Source: Octopus vulgaris
Taxonomy: Eukaryota
NCBI GenBank assembly: GCA_951406725.2
Contig: OX597819.1
Span: 75,516,001-75,580,000, forward strand
Direction: 5' to 3'
Length of the DNA stretch: 64,000 bases
How positions within the stretch are numbered: position 1 is the stretch's first letter; each line of letters begins with the position of its first letter. Positions 52,251-64,000 of the stretch are shown here, piece by piece. Under the pieces are notes generated by a model. It ran no database searches. It was not told the DNA's origin and was given only the letters and a program-made list of their open reading frames with translations. A program made the position numbers and the translations under genes.

Positions 52251-52584
52251 GTTAAGAACGTTATTATTTGATATTAATCGTAAGACAATTGACTGATAAA
52301 CTATGGAACGAAATCGAAGACTTAACGACTTAATCTTTTATACACAAAACATTTATATCATATTATTCCTAAAATATGAGTGGGAAATAAATGTTTTAAA
52401 CCTACAGTATGTATGTATGAATGTATGTATGTATGTATGTATGTATGTATGTATGTATGTATGTATGTATGTATGTATGTATGTATGTATGTGTGTATGT
52501 ATGTATGTATGTATGTATGTATGTGTGTATGTGTGTGTATATATGTGCATGTGAATGCATGTATGTGTGTATGCGTGTACACGT

Positions 52585-52860
52585 GTGAAGATGAGTGGCC
52601 TAATGCTTAGGTTATTGCGATCAAGGTCTTAAGATTGCGATTTTGATTCCTAGACCAGCGGTGTGCTGTGTTCTTGAGCAAAACAATTCCTTTCACCTTG
52701 TTCCAGTCCACTCAGCTGTAAATGAGCAACCCTGCGACGGACTGGCGCTCCGTTCACGGGAAATGTTAGCTTGTCCACCTAGTCAGGCACGTGACATCAT
52801 CTGAAAGTTATGAGAAAGCGCATTGTGATCAGTGGCTTTTCACAATATCCCATGATCTGG
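52585..52860 (+). mobile_element. tRNA-headed SINE with V-domain-like block
   Basis: GTGGCCTAATGCTTAG..GATTCC..GTGTTCTTGAGCAAAAC..CCACTCAGCTGTAAATGAG..CCCTGCGACGGACTGGCG. Confidence 0.7.
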
Positions 52861-52889
52861 TCGATATATGTATGTATATGTATGTCCAA

Positions 52890-52989
<100 letters not shown>

Positions 52990-54130
52990 ACACGTCGTCT
53001 GTGTATGCTGACTCCTACCTTCCTTGCCCCAGTTCGAAAGGCATCCCCTTAGCTGTTCCAATTTCCGCAAAAGTGGCTCAAGTGCCAATACGCATAGAAG
53101 AGGTGACAGCAGGTGGCTCCGAACGACCGAGCGTGCAATATCAAACGGTTCCAATAGGTGACCGTGCCGCTGTACATTGCAGCGATCCAGCCTCTGAAAA
53201 CGGGTCCGAAACCGACTGCTTTCAGGGTGGCCTTTAAGTACGATTGTCGATCCTATCAAATACGTTTGATTGATCCAAATGGATCAGAGCACCCTCGAAG
53301 CCAGCTGTGGTTCCAGCCCTCTCTATGATGTATCGCATCAGGTGGAGGTTGTCGTGGATAGACCTTCTCGGGAATACGCCCATTTGCAATTCTCCAACCA
53401 AGCTACCGACGACAAGCGCCAACCTTTACGCTAACACCTTGGCCGAATTTTTAAACTCTGTGTTTAATTCTCTAGTAGTCCCCATTGTCGGCGTCCTTCC
53501 TCGGCCGTGTAACCAAACCTCTGAACACAGCACTAGGAATTCTCCCGTTCTGTTGCCAGTTGCAGCAGACGCCTGCCAAGAGGTCGTCAAACAAATCTGG
53601 CATGAATATATTGAGTTCGTCGGGCAGAAATCCAAACCAGGCGATTTGCAACTTGTGTAATTGCTCATCGCCTCCTAAATTTCAGCGGCTGTTATCGGCC
53701 TTTCACATAACCTCGCGTCAGATGCCGAGAGCCTCGGCAAGCCGTCCAGGTACGAACTAAAGTCCAGTACTGTCGTCGACACATCGTCGTCTCTAAACAG
53801 CTGCACGAAGTGTTGCTGAAAAGCCGCTCACATCTACTCAGAGTCGTGTAGCACGCGCCCATCCCGATCCGTCAAAGACTTGATCGTGGTTTTATTTCCA
53901 CGTAACGTTCCCACCGTTCGAGCCCGTCGGACAGCTTTAGTTCCTTCCTGTTTGAGCGCACGGGCCTTTGCTCTCACAACGCAACCTTCGTGTTTTGCTT
54001 CGAAAAAATGATCAAGAATCTTTCTCGCCGCTAACATATCGGTTACAATGCCCTTTTTAGTCGTCTCTTCTAATATGCTAAATAGTTCACCCTCTTATCT
54101 ATTATTTTCTATTGCTAACTCTTTGCTAAA
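52990..54130 (-). pseudogene. Tx1/L1-clade LINE ORF2 (RT) fragment
   Basis: KSPGLD, PRRSIHDNLHLMRYII, ALIHLDQSNVFDRID, LSPLLCVLALEPLLRKL, SAYTDDV; broken by frameshifts and ends at (TATC)n. Confidence 0.9.
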
Positions 54131-54234
54131 CGCTTAAAATACGATTCTTCACAGTTTTTAAAATCCCTGTACTGACTTAAATTATATTTGGTTTATGTTG
54201 TTTTTCAGATAATTTTCTTTATCCATTCATTGAT

Positions 54235-54622
54235 TTTGTCGTTGGACTGCGGTCATGTTGAGGTACCACGTCGAAGAGTTTTAGACTTATAAATGACCTC
54301 AAGTACTTACGCTTTTTAAAGTTTGGTACTTACTTTATGAGTTTATTTTACCGAACTGTTAACTTACGGGGGCATTAAAAAAAAACTAGCACCAGTTGTC
54401 AAGCGGTGGAAAGGGGACACAAACACAGACACAAACGGATGGACTTACTCATATACAACGAGCTTCATTACAGTTTCCGTCTGTCAAATTCACTCACAAC
54501 GTATTGGTCGGTTCTGGGCTATAGCAGAAAACACTTGCTCAAAGTGTCGCGCTGTGGGACTGAACCAGAAACCAGTTGTTTGCAAAGCGAGCTTCTTAAC
54601 TGCACAGCCAGGCTTGCGCTTA
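54235..54622 (-). mobile_element. SINE family A copy (diverged)
   Basis: GACTGCGGTCATG..CAGTTTCCGTCTG..GGGACTGAACC..CACAGCC. Confidence 0.8.
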
Positions 54623-55834
54623 GCTAACTCTTTGTTGAACCAAAATCCTTTAACGATTGCTTCATTCAAGGAAACAATAATTAGGTGACTGGATTATTTA
54701 TTCGTTCTTGTATCTTTTCGTCTATTCCGTTCGTTCATCTTTCATTCGTCCGTTCCCCCATTCATTCATACACTCAATCGTCCATTCATTTATTCAGTTT
54801 ATTCCTCCATCCGTGTACTCGCTTTTTTCTTTCATTCTTACGTTTCCCTACACATCTATCAGATCATTGTGTCATTCATGTGTTCGTTCATTTATTAGAT
54901 AATTTAGCTCCTGTTCATTTACACGAACATTCATTCATTCATTCATTCATTCATTCATTCATTCATTCATTCATTTCTGTATTACGTCCCTTCTTTCGTT
55001 CACTCATTTCTTTGCCAAATATCCATTGTCTCATATCCATCACATCATTTATTCGACCGGCTGTTTGTTCGATCATTTACCGTTTCGCCCATTCTGTACG
55101 TCTGTTTGTTTTGCGATCACAATGTCTCGGGGTTCCATCTCACTTTGTGACAACTTTGGTAAATATCTTTTACCATAATTTATAGTTGAGCCAAGCATTT
55201 CGAAAAGAAATTAGGTAGACGAAACTGTATAAAAGGCTGTCGGAGGGACAACACATGTAACTTAAAAGTCCAGCGTTTTCACACATTGTGTCACGCTGAA
55301 TCCGCCTGAGAAATATGTTAAAGGTACTTAAGGGTACGAATCTGCGAAATGTTTAACCACTGACACGCAGTCAATGAGCAGATGGTTTAGTTGACCAATC
55401 AGCTGAAGATGCATCAGCGAAGCCGAGGGAAAGCCATTAATTTTCATGTGAGCAAAAGGACATATACCGCAAAGCTCTATAGAATAAACAGCCCTGACTG
55501 TATATTGTAGTTTTGTAATAAATTTACTTCAGTTAGTGTTTAATTTGAATTAGAGTTTTGTGGGTGAAACAAGACACTTAACTCGGGAGGTCGATCTTGG
55601 GTTTACCACAAATGCTAAACAACATTTACACTGCTTATATGTCCTTAGTAAAAAACATCTAGCTGTTATTTATACCGTCTCATGATTCATATACTCCAGC
55701 TACCAGAACAACGCCGTCCTAAAACAGCTTTCAAATGGGCACCAAAAAAGGGAAACAGAGGGAAAAAGAAAGAGGGGAGGACCGAGAAATTTCTAGGTGC
55801 AGTGTATTAATAACCGCCACTACTACTACTACTG

Positions 55835-55889
<55 letters not shown>

Positions 55890-56378
55890 GTTCTTCTTCG
55901 CAGATCTCTTTTAGAGATGTCCATTCGCTTCTTCTTCTCCCCTCCCTCTCTCCATCATGCTGCTGCAGCTGTTGTTGCTGCTGATGATTTTATTGGTTTT
56001 AAATAACTCATAACTTAAGCACAAAGATACAAATTTCGAGAAAAGTGACCATACGATGAAACCGACACAAAATAATTGACTGCTATTTAATTTTATGAAC
56101 TCAGTAAGAAGAAATGCTAAAGATAGCCATGGTTAACAACCACGACCAGATTACGAGTACGACGACGGCGACAGCATAATCCATTGCTCTATTTAACATC
56201 ATCCCCTTGGTTGCCTTTAGTGGGGTTCACTCTTCTACAAGCATTCTGGCCAGGTTTCCTGTTTGCAGATCCTCCCCTCCTTCTCATTAATCTCCAAGGA
56301 CCTGTGGATTTTCATGCCTTCCTTCCTGAGTAAAGGATAAAAAGAAAATACATTTACTGAAGTAAATTACACCTCACC

Positions 56379-56430
<52 letters not shown>

Positions 56431-56479
56431 ACACACACACATGTACACACACACACACAGAGGCATGGCAGTTGTAGCA

Positions 56480-56830
56480 TCGTTCAGTGGAAATTGTGCT
56501 AGAATTATGAAATACAGACAGAAAGGAGATGGTATGCACCAGAGAAAGGTCCCACAGGAAATAGCGGCCACAAAAAAGCAGTAATAGTCTGGAATATGCC
56601 AATTAATATAGACATGGGAAATAATGAGTATGAACCAGATATCATTGAGGACGATCGAAGAAGAAAGCGCTTTCTCATCGACGTATCCCGGACGATAATA
56701 TATAGCTTAATGAAATAGTGAGATTATTCAAATATTAAAAAAAAAAAAAAAAAACGGTATTTGCACAGTATACAGCGAGATCGGAAACGATTATTTGCAC
56801 ATTTATTCTTAATACGTCCAGGCAGGTTCA
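56480..56830 (+). pseudogene. R4/Dong-type REL domain remnant
   Basis: RRWY..PEKV, VIVWNMPI, PDII, FLIDVS motifs. Confidence 0.55.
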
Positions 56831-57229
56831 GACGCAAAATATGCTATCCACTGCTGGGAACATCAAAGCAGAGCAGGTTCCTTTTAAAACGACAGTATAT
56901 TCATAGGACACTAGGCTAATTGGCGCAAGGGAATCTGGAATACCGGTATTTCGAGACATGTTGTGTCTTGTCGACCAGTAGTACCCGGACCTTTGAGTCT
57001 AAACAAGTCACTGGCTTTGTTTCAGCGAACAAACTGTATGCTGATCAGTATAGTGAGACAGGCTTAAAAGTCTGGGTACTACTGGTTGAAGAGACACAAC
57101 ATGTGTCGAAACACCAATGTCTCAGAATCCCTCATGCCAGTTAGACGAGTATGACCCTATCATCGTAAAAGGTGGTTGCTCACAGCAGTGACTAGTATAT
57201 AGACGTTTGAATCTGGCTGGATGTATTGA

Positions 57230-57620
57230 GAACAAGAGCACTCAGAGAGCGCAAACCTCCGCCAAGGCAACACCAACGTCCTCTCAACGATTAGCCAGAG
57301 ATGATTTTTAAAATGAGAATATCTGAAATAAACTCGACTGCTCTCACAAACGAGAATACTAAAAATGAACCCAACCGCTCTCAAAAATTAAGTAAAATAG
57401 AAACTGGAAAAATAATCCATAATCCTTGTTCGATACCGGATCGATCCCCAAATCTAATCAATTCGTACCATTCACGAGGCCAAACATCCCTGAAAGTTTC
57501 ATCTGACTCCATCCAGCAGTTCTTGAGATATCTTGTCCACAGACAAACAAACAAACAAACACACAAACAAACATACACGACTGAAAACAATACCTCCGCC
57601 TTCGTTAAGGCTGAGGTAAT
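57230..57620 (-). mobile_element. Helentron-associated non-autonomous element (HINE/DINE-1-like)
   Basis: Minus strand: TTACCTCAGCC..GGCGGAGGTA 5' palindrome, (GTTT)n microsatellite, core, sub-terminal GGCGGAGGT, 3' hairpin GCGCTC-tct-GAGTGC, then T-rich end. Confidence 0.8.
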
Positions 57621-57932
57621 AAATATGCAAATAATCGTATCCAAATTTAAATATGTGAAGAGATCTCCAGAGTGTAGGGATTGAAAGCAGAAAGAAACCC
57701 AATAATTATTGACACGTAAAAAATTATTTAAAAAATACAAATATGTAGATAAAACTCCAGGATTTATGCACAACATACAAAAAAATCAATACTTCTGTAC
57801 ATATATGCAGTATTGTCAATGCCATGGAAACTACAAAGGCAAAGTGAAATACTACATATGCAAGGTACACAGAACTGCGTTCAATTGTGGAGTGAAATAA
57901 AGCAATGCAAAAATATGAGTATTTTATCGACA

Positions 57933-58095
57933 GAGGCGCATGCGTGGCTGTGTTGTAAGAAGCTTGCTTCCCAACCACATGGTTCTGAGTTCAGTCCCAC
58001 TGCTTGGTACCTTGGGCAAGTGTCTTCTGCTATAGCCTCGAGCAAACCAAAGCCTCGTGAGTGGATTCGGTGGACGGAATCTGAAAGAAGCCCGT

Positions 58096-58164
<69 letters not shown>

Positions 58165-58365
58165 ATCTCTCCATCACTGCTTGACAACCGGTGTTGGTGT
58201 GTTTACGTCTCCATAACTTAGCAATTAGGCAAAAGATACTGATAAAATAAGTACTAGGCTTTAAAACAATTAGTACTGTGATTGATTTATTCTACTAAAC
58301 CCCTTTAAGGCGGTACTCCAACATGGCCGCAGTCAAATTACTGAAACAAGTAAACGAGTAAAAGA
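57933..58365 (+). mobile_element. SINE family A, full-length copy
   Basis: GGCGCATGCGTGGCTGTGTTGTAAG..GTTCAGTCCCACTG..GGCCGCAGTCAAAT. Confidence 0.9.
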
Positions 58366-58479
58366 ATAGAATATTGATTCCTTCTGACTTTCTAATTGGG
58401 GATACAGTGGAGAAACTATCTCAATGTAAGAAGACGAACAGCTATATACAGGGTGTAAAAGTAACCCTTTCAGCTAAAG

Positions 58480-58880
58480 GCACAAAAACTTGAAATTTTG
58501 TGGGAGGGTACTAGAGTTGATTACATTGACCCCTAGTACTCAACTGATACTTATTTTATCGACTCCGAAAAATTTGGAGGAATTGTAATTTGGAGCGTAA
58601 AGACAAACGAATGGTGGCTAAGCATTTTGTCCGATGCGGTAGCGATTCTGCTAGCACGCCACCATTTTATAAATCTTTCAAATTTTGGCACAAAGCCAGA
58701 AATTTTAGAGGGAGGTGGGTAGTCGATTACCTTGACCCCAGTACTTCACTGGTACCTTAATTTATCGACCACGAATGAATGAAAATCAGAATTGACCTCG
58801 GCAGCATTTGAACTCAAGAGCCGGAAAAAGTGCCGCTAAGTACTTTGTCCTCCGTGCTAACGATTCTGCCAGCTCTCCGC
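58480..58880 (-). mobile_element. Two tandem SINE family B copies
   Basis: GATTACATTGACCCC..TTTATCGAC..ACGATTCTGC modules, twice. Confidence 0.75.
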
Positions 58881-59449
58881 AGATGAAGCAAAAATGTATT
58901 GACAATTTTTCGTTCTTATTGTCTAATCCCAGCTCAGATCTGTTCTAGTAGACGTTCAACACAGCATCCCAGACTGGGATATGGTGTATTTAGGGCAAAA
59001 ATGTGCCATTTTTTAAAAAAAAGATAGTAGGTGCATTTAGAAAGATATGTGACTACTATTTCTAGTAGGTCCAACGCCTTATGTAGAAACTCCCGCATTG
59101 GCTCAAAGCCAATGTTTTCTCACTGGAAACAGCCAAAGAAGAGAAAAAAATATGTGTATAATGGAGCACTGTATAGAATTTAACAGCAGAATATGTCGAG
59201 GCTAGAAAGAAACAATCAATCACATTATTTCTGGCTGCTCAGGTTTTAGACGAAACAAATTATATAAACAAGCGTCATAGAGCTACAGGTTTCATATAAT
59301 GGGAACCATGCCAGTGTTAGTGAATATATATTCACGGAAAAATAAATGATGTAAGCATACACCGAACAATGCTTTGGCGAATAACGAAGAGAATAAAGTC
59401 ACTTCTGGAGCGTATCGGTTCATGCAAGCAAAGAGACAATATATTCAAA

Positions 59450-59667
<218 letters not shown>

Positions 59668-59668
<1 letters not shown>

Positions 59669-59990
59669 GGCAGCGAGATGACAGAATCGTTATCCCACTG
59701 GACGAAATGCTTAGCAGTAGTTCGCCCGTCGCTATGTTCTGAGTTCAAATTCCACAGGGGTCGACTTTGCCATTCATCCACAAAATTTCAGACGAGCTGG
59801 CAGAATCATTAGCGCGCCAGGCGAAATGCTTTGCAGCACTTCGTCCGTTTTCATGTTCTGAGTTCAAATCTCACCGTGATCAACTTTGCGTATCATCCTT
59901 TCGGGGTCGATAAAATAAATACCAGTTGAACACTGAGGTCGATGTAATTGACTAATGTCCCCCACACCGAATTGCTGCCCTTGAAACCAT
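59668..59990 (+). mobile_element. Two tandem SINE family B copies
   Basis: GGCAGCGAGATGACAGAATCG and GACGAGCTGGCAGAATC heads, each followed by GTTCTGAGTTCAAAT. Confidence 0.85.
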
Positions 59991-60009
59991 TATTATTATT
60001 ATTGTTATT

Positions 60010-61410
60010 ATATTTTCTTTGCTTCTAACGTTGGAGATGTACTACTGTGTCAGCTGTTCACTACCTATGAACTAAGGTAATACCCCTTATTTTTCGAGCA
60101 TCAGCCAGTGTATTCGAGCGGTTCCAAGCAGTGCTGTTTTCTGCAAGTGCTCCACCCTTATTGTAGCCCCTATTTATTCCATATACTTCTTAAGAATTTT
60201 ACTCACTGTTCCCAGGGCTCCGACAATTATTGGTACTACTACTACTACTACATTTTTCAGTGACCACAACTGCTTAACCTCCCAAGCTAACCTGTCATAT
60301 CTATCGACTTTTTTTCCTTCCTTATCACATACTTTGTTGTCAGCTGGGCATGCTATATCTATCATCCAGCATAATTGGCTTTCTTTCTCAATTAAGACTA
60401 TTTTTGGTTTCCTATTCTCTATCCCATGGAGATAAAATCCCATCGGATCTTTGCATTATCATTTTCGATGATGCCTTCGGGTTTATGTTCGTACCGCTCT
60501 TTTGCTCTGTCAAGTCCATACTTATTGCAAAGTGTCCAATGGACAATCCATGCTATGTTGTCATGACATCTGTTATATTCTTTCTGGGCTAGTGGCGTAC
60601 ATTGACGGGTAATATGCCATACGGTTTCACCATTTCGCCACAAATTCTGCACTTATCACTTTCTGATGTATTGTTTATTCTGTACTTGATGTAATTGGTT
60701 CTTAGTGCTTGCTCTTGGGCAGCACAGATTAGAGCCTCCGATCCGGTTTTAAATCACTTTTAGTCATTCATAGCCATCTTTTTTCTCTGTCTGTCTTATA
60801 TTCAACATGCCTATGAAATTGTCCATGCATTCTTTTCTTTATCCACTTATTTTCAGTTTCATTCATTCTCAAGTGATCATATAGTGCTTTATCTTTGTGA
60901 TCTTCCATCCTGCATAAGCCTGACCTTCTTACTTCCAATAATAGCGGTTCTGTGGAATTTTTTCATACCATGCTATGTTGTTTTCTTCTGCTCTGATGCT
61001 GTGTTCGCAACCAAACAGTCCTCTTCTCCTTTTTCTTGGTACATACAGTCTGTCTGTGTCACTTATCGGGTGGAGTATCCCATATCTAGCCAGCAACTTC
61101 CTTGTCTTTCTGTCTAAGCTGTTTAGTTTATCTACTGTCCATTCGATCGATTAGCCCTGCTCCATATCTAAGAAGTGAAACCGCCAAGGTGTTGATAGCT
61201 TCGATCTTATTTCGTCCGTTTAATTTCGACTTCAGGGTCAGTCTCAGTCTGCGTAAGTACTCTACCTTCAATTTATCTGTCCTGTATTTCTCCATCAATT
61301 TCTCCATTTCCAATATCGCCAACTACTAATAGCCCGTCTCTTCTATTTGCTTAATAACCTCCTATAACAATAGCCCGTCCCATGCTAAAAAGCAAATAGA
61401 AGAGACGGGA
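60010..61410 (-). mobile_element. 5'-truncated R4/Dong-clade LINE (RT thumb, CCHC, REL endonuclease)
   Basis: LKSKLNGRNKIEAINTLAVSLLRYG, AQEQALRTN, CRICGE.GETVWHITRQC, HDNIAWIVHW, KIRWDF, KPKIVL..IDIACP, VPIIVGALG, LQKTALLGTA; (TAA)n on both sides. Confidence 0.93.
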
Positions 61411-61467
<57 letters not shown>

Positions 61468-61510
61468 TGTTGTTGCTGTTGTTGTTGTTATTATTGTTAT
61501 CATTCTTCTT

Positions 61511-61543
<33 letters not shown>

Positions 61544-61568
61544 ATTGTTGTTGTTGTTGTTGTTGTTA

Positions 61569-61614
<46 letters not shown>

Positions 61615-63064
61615 CATTATTATTATTATTACTATCATTTGAAAGACAAAAACAACTTAAAAGATGATCAACAAAATGGTCCGAACCAGCGGCGTTGTGT
61701 ACAACTCAAGCACTTAAATGTATTCTAGTTTGATTTTTTTTTTAGTCAGCTATTTTTATATAACCACGATTGAAGTTATCTTGCTTGACAGATCAAACAC
61801 GATATCGTGTGTGTATCGTTGGATTATAACAGATAAAGAAAACAAGAGGCTAACATTGTAAGAATGTTCGGTTGGAAAAATGATCTATTAAGTTCGGCAG
61901 AAATTTCTACTTTCGTGAAATTAAATGAAAAATATTTTTTTCCTTTCATTTCCATTCACTTCACTTGATTTGAAGAACTATCAGATTTGTAGTGGTAGTG
62001 GTGTTGGTGGTGACAATATAGAACTGAAAGAAGATTGTCGTTTCCTTTTACAGTGAATCATTTCTACAGACAATTCGTTTCCGTTGTGCAGTTGTTGAAA
62101 TAGTGAATTATATCGAAATAGCTATTAATTTATTTTAGTTAATTGACAGTTTATACAAACTGAAAGCTAATGAACACTTTATTAGTCACTGACGAAGAGG
62201 AAATAGAATAGCCGATGCCCTGATAGAAGGCAGTGAAGCCTTCTTGCATGACTTGATTTGGAATCAGCAGATTTCTGGTAAAAACTAACATAATAGTAGC
62301 GAAAGTCATATGAGACTAGTTGACTTGCTAGAACTTGCACGCAAATCTCTCTAAATTTCACCCCCAAACCATAGAAATAATTGAGAAGTATGCATTGGAG
62401 AGCTGAATATGACGGAATAGTTACAGCCGGAATGTGTCTATTCAGAGCTGATCTGGGATTAAATAACAGCAGCAGCAGCAATTACATGTATCAAAGGCTT
62501 GATCTGCTAGAAATAGCAGCCGAATTTCTCTTAAACCATACCATATCATCATAAAACTGAATTGGTGGATACTTTAAGATTAACGTAGTCGCAGATATTC
62601 ATACAAAAGATGGCATGCTCACGGCTAGGACGCCTTTAATAATGTATTCTATAAAGATTGACCTGCAAGTAAATAACAGCACAAAGATTTATTCAACGGA
62701 GGAACATCTATGTTGTCACAATACTCACGAAAAAGGTAGGATAGTCATAGCTGGAACGCCTTTAATCTTAGGTTTTTCTCTATAAGAGAATTGCGGTGTT
62801 TGATTTTATTACATTTCTCAATTGTAATTAGAGCGGAAGCTGAAACCGTGCCACAGACTTTATTCAGAACTAATCGACTATATTCACATTACTCAATTTT
62901 CCTAGGTACCACTTTTTCTGAATCACTAAGATCCACCGAGCTGCAGTTTTACTCCGGCTTCTGAAATGATGCGCAGTTGAAAGCAAAATCATATGGTCGA
63001 CTGTAAATAATTTTACAATATTAAATCGCTAATCCGAAACATACGTAATGCTCAACTTAATTGT

Positions 63065-63505
63065 TTCTAGTTTAGGAACAACAGCGTTAATTTTTTTAGG
63101 CGGGTTATAGTTGATACGATGGACCACAGTGCTTGATTGTTACTTTATTTTAGCGACTCCGAAGGGATGAAAGGTAGAATTGATCTCGGTGTAGTTTGAA
63201 CTCAGAAAATATAGAGATGAAGCAAATGTCGAAGAACATTTTTTCCGATACTCCAATGATTCTGTCAGTCCTAGCGACCCAATAATTGTTTCTAACAAAG
63301 GCATAAAATCTGAATGGTGGGGGACAGGGTGGGTCGATACCGTCGATCTGAGTGCTTGACTGACACTTTATTTTATCAACGCTGAAGCACGAAAGGCTAA
63401 GTTGACCTCGGCAGGATTTGATCTTAGATCATAACAAGTCGTAAACAAATACCACAAAGCATTTGATGTTGACAGACGCTCTGACTATTCGGTCAGTCTG
63501 CTACT
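63065..63505 (-). mobile_element. Two decayed SINE family B copies
   Basis: CCGAAGGGATGAAAGG..TTGAACTCAGAA and GTTGACCTCGGCAGGATTTGA modules. Confidence 0.65.
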
Positions 63506-64000
63506 CTTTAATGAATTAATATAAAAAGCTCTAATTACCTGATTGTGAACTAATGTAATATAAGGTATCAGTCAAATATGGAGTTGATTAAATCATAGAC
63601 TGTTTCATGTATGTCAGAAGCTTCTTGAAGCCAAGGAACCACAGTTAAGAAATTCTGAAGGAATCTTTTTACTGTTGCTTCATTTTAATGAACGTGAGAA
63701 GCCTCTTATCGATATTTTCAAGGAATTTCTGCTTATGGACTGTAAAAGGAGGGATAGTCCTCTTTGTGCGTAGGCTTCCATAGTTGAGTTGTATTGGAAA
63801 TTATTTCAAGATGACGCCCCTATAACCCTATCAGAGGATGGAAGCATAAAGAAAGCCTTGTCCATGATGAGAATATATCAAATTTTAATAAATTATCAGT
63901 TCAAAGACGACATTCTCATGAAATACTGTTAGGTTTAACTCCATCATCTTTTTTGGGGCGTCTTTAGCGGAAAAACCTCTGTTTCCGAACAAACGGAGTC

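Larger units (their letters stand above)
50320..52260 (-). mobile_element. 5'-truncated Penelope-like retroelement (Neptune-type architecture)
   Basis: RT-linker-GIY-YIG coding remnant, about 800-bp 3' UTR, terminal hammerhead-like motif, 3' end fused to (TA)n. Confidence 0.9.

Overview
AT-rich, microsatellite-saturated animal DNA, intronic or intergenic. The SINE families and the density of (TA)n/(TACA)n/(TATC)n/(TTA)n repeats point to an octopus or other coleoid cephalopod (inference). I cannot support any intact host protein-coding gene, and nearly all listed ORFs are translated microsatellites. Recognisable content: (1) many copies of about four tRNA-derived SINE families; (2) a 5'-truncated Penelope-like element with RT, Cys-rich linker and GIY-YIG, plus its 3' UTR; (3) R4/Dong REL-LINE remnants, the best one flanked by (TAA)n; (4) Tx1/L1-like LINE remnants; (5) three Helitron-related elements and one Helentron-type HINE; (6) a mariner relic and several MITEs. 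The most striking hidden signal is about ten sequence-diverse minimal type-I hammerhead ribozyme motifs, two or three with intact cores. Most have a palindromic stem III, which would suit dimer formation. They sit in short non-coding Penelope-pLTR-like modules that abut (TA)n tracts and often form head-to-head foldbacks, including a near-perfect 342-bp palindrome with a hammerhead on each strand. All coordinates were read by eye and element boundaries are approximate.
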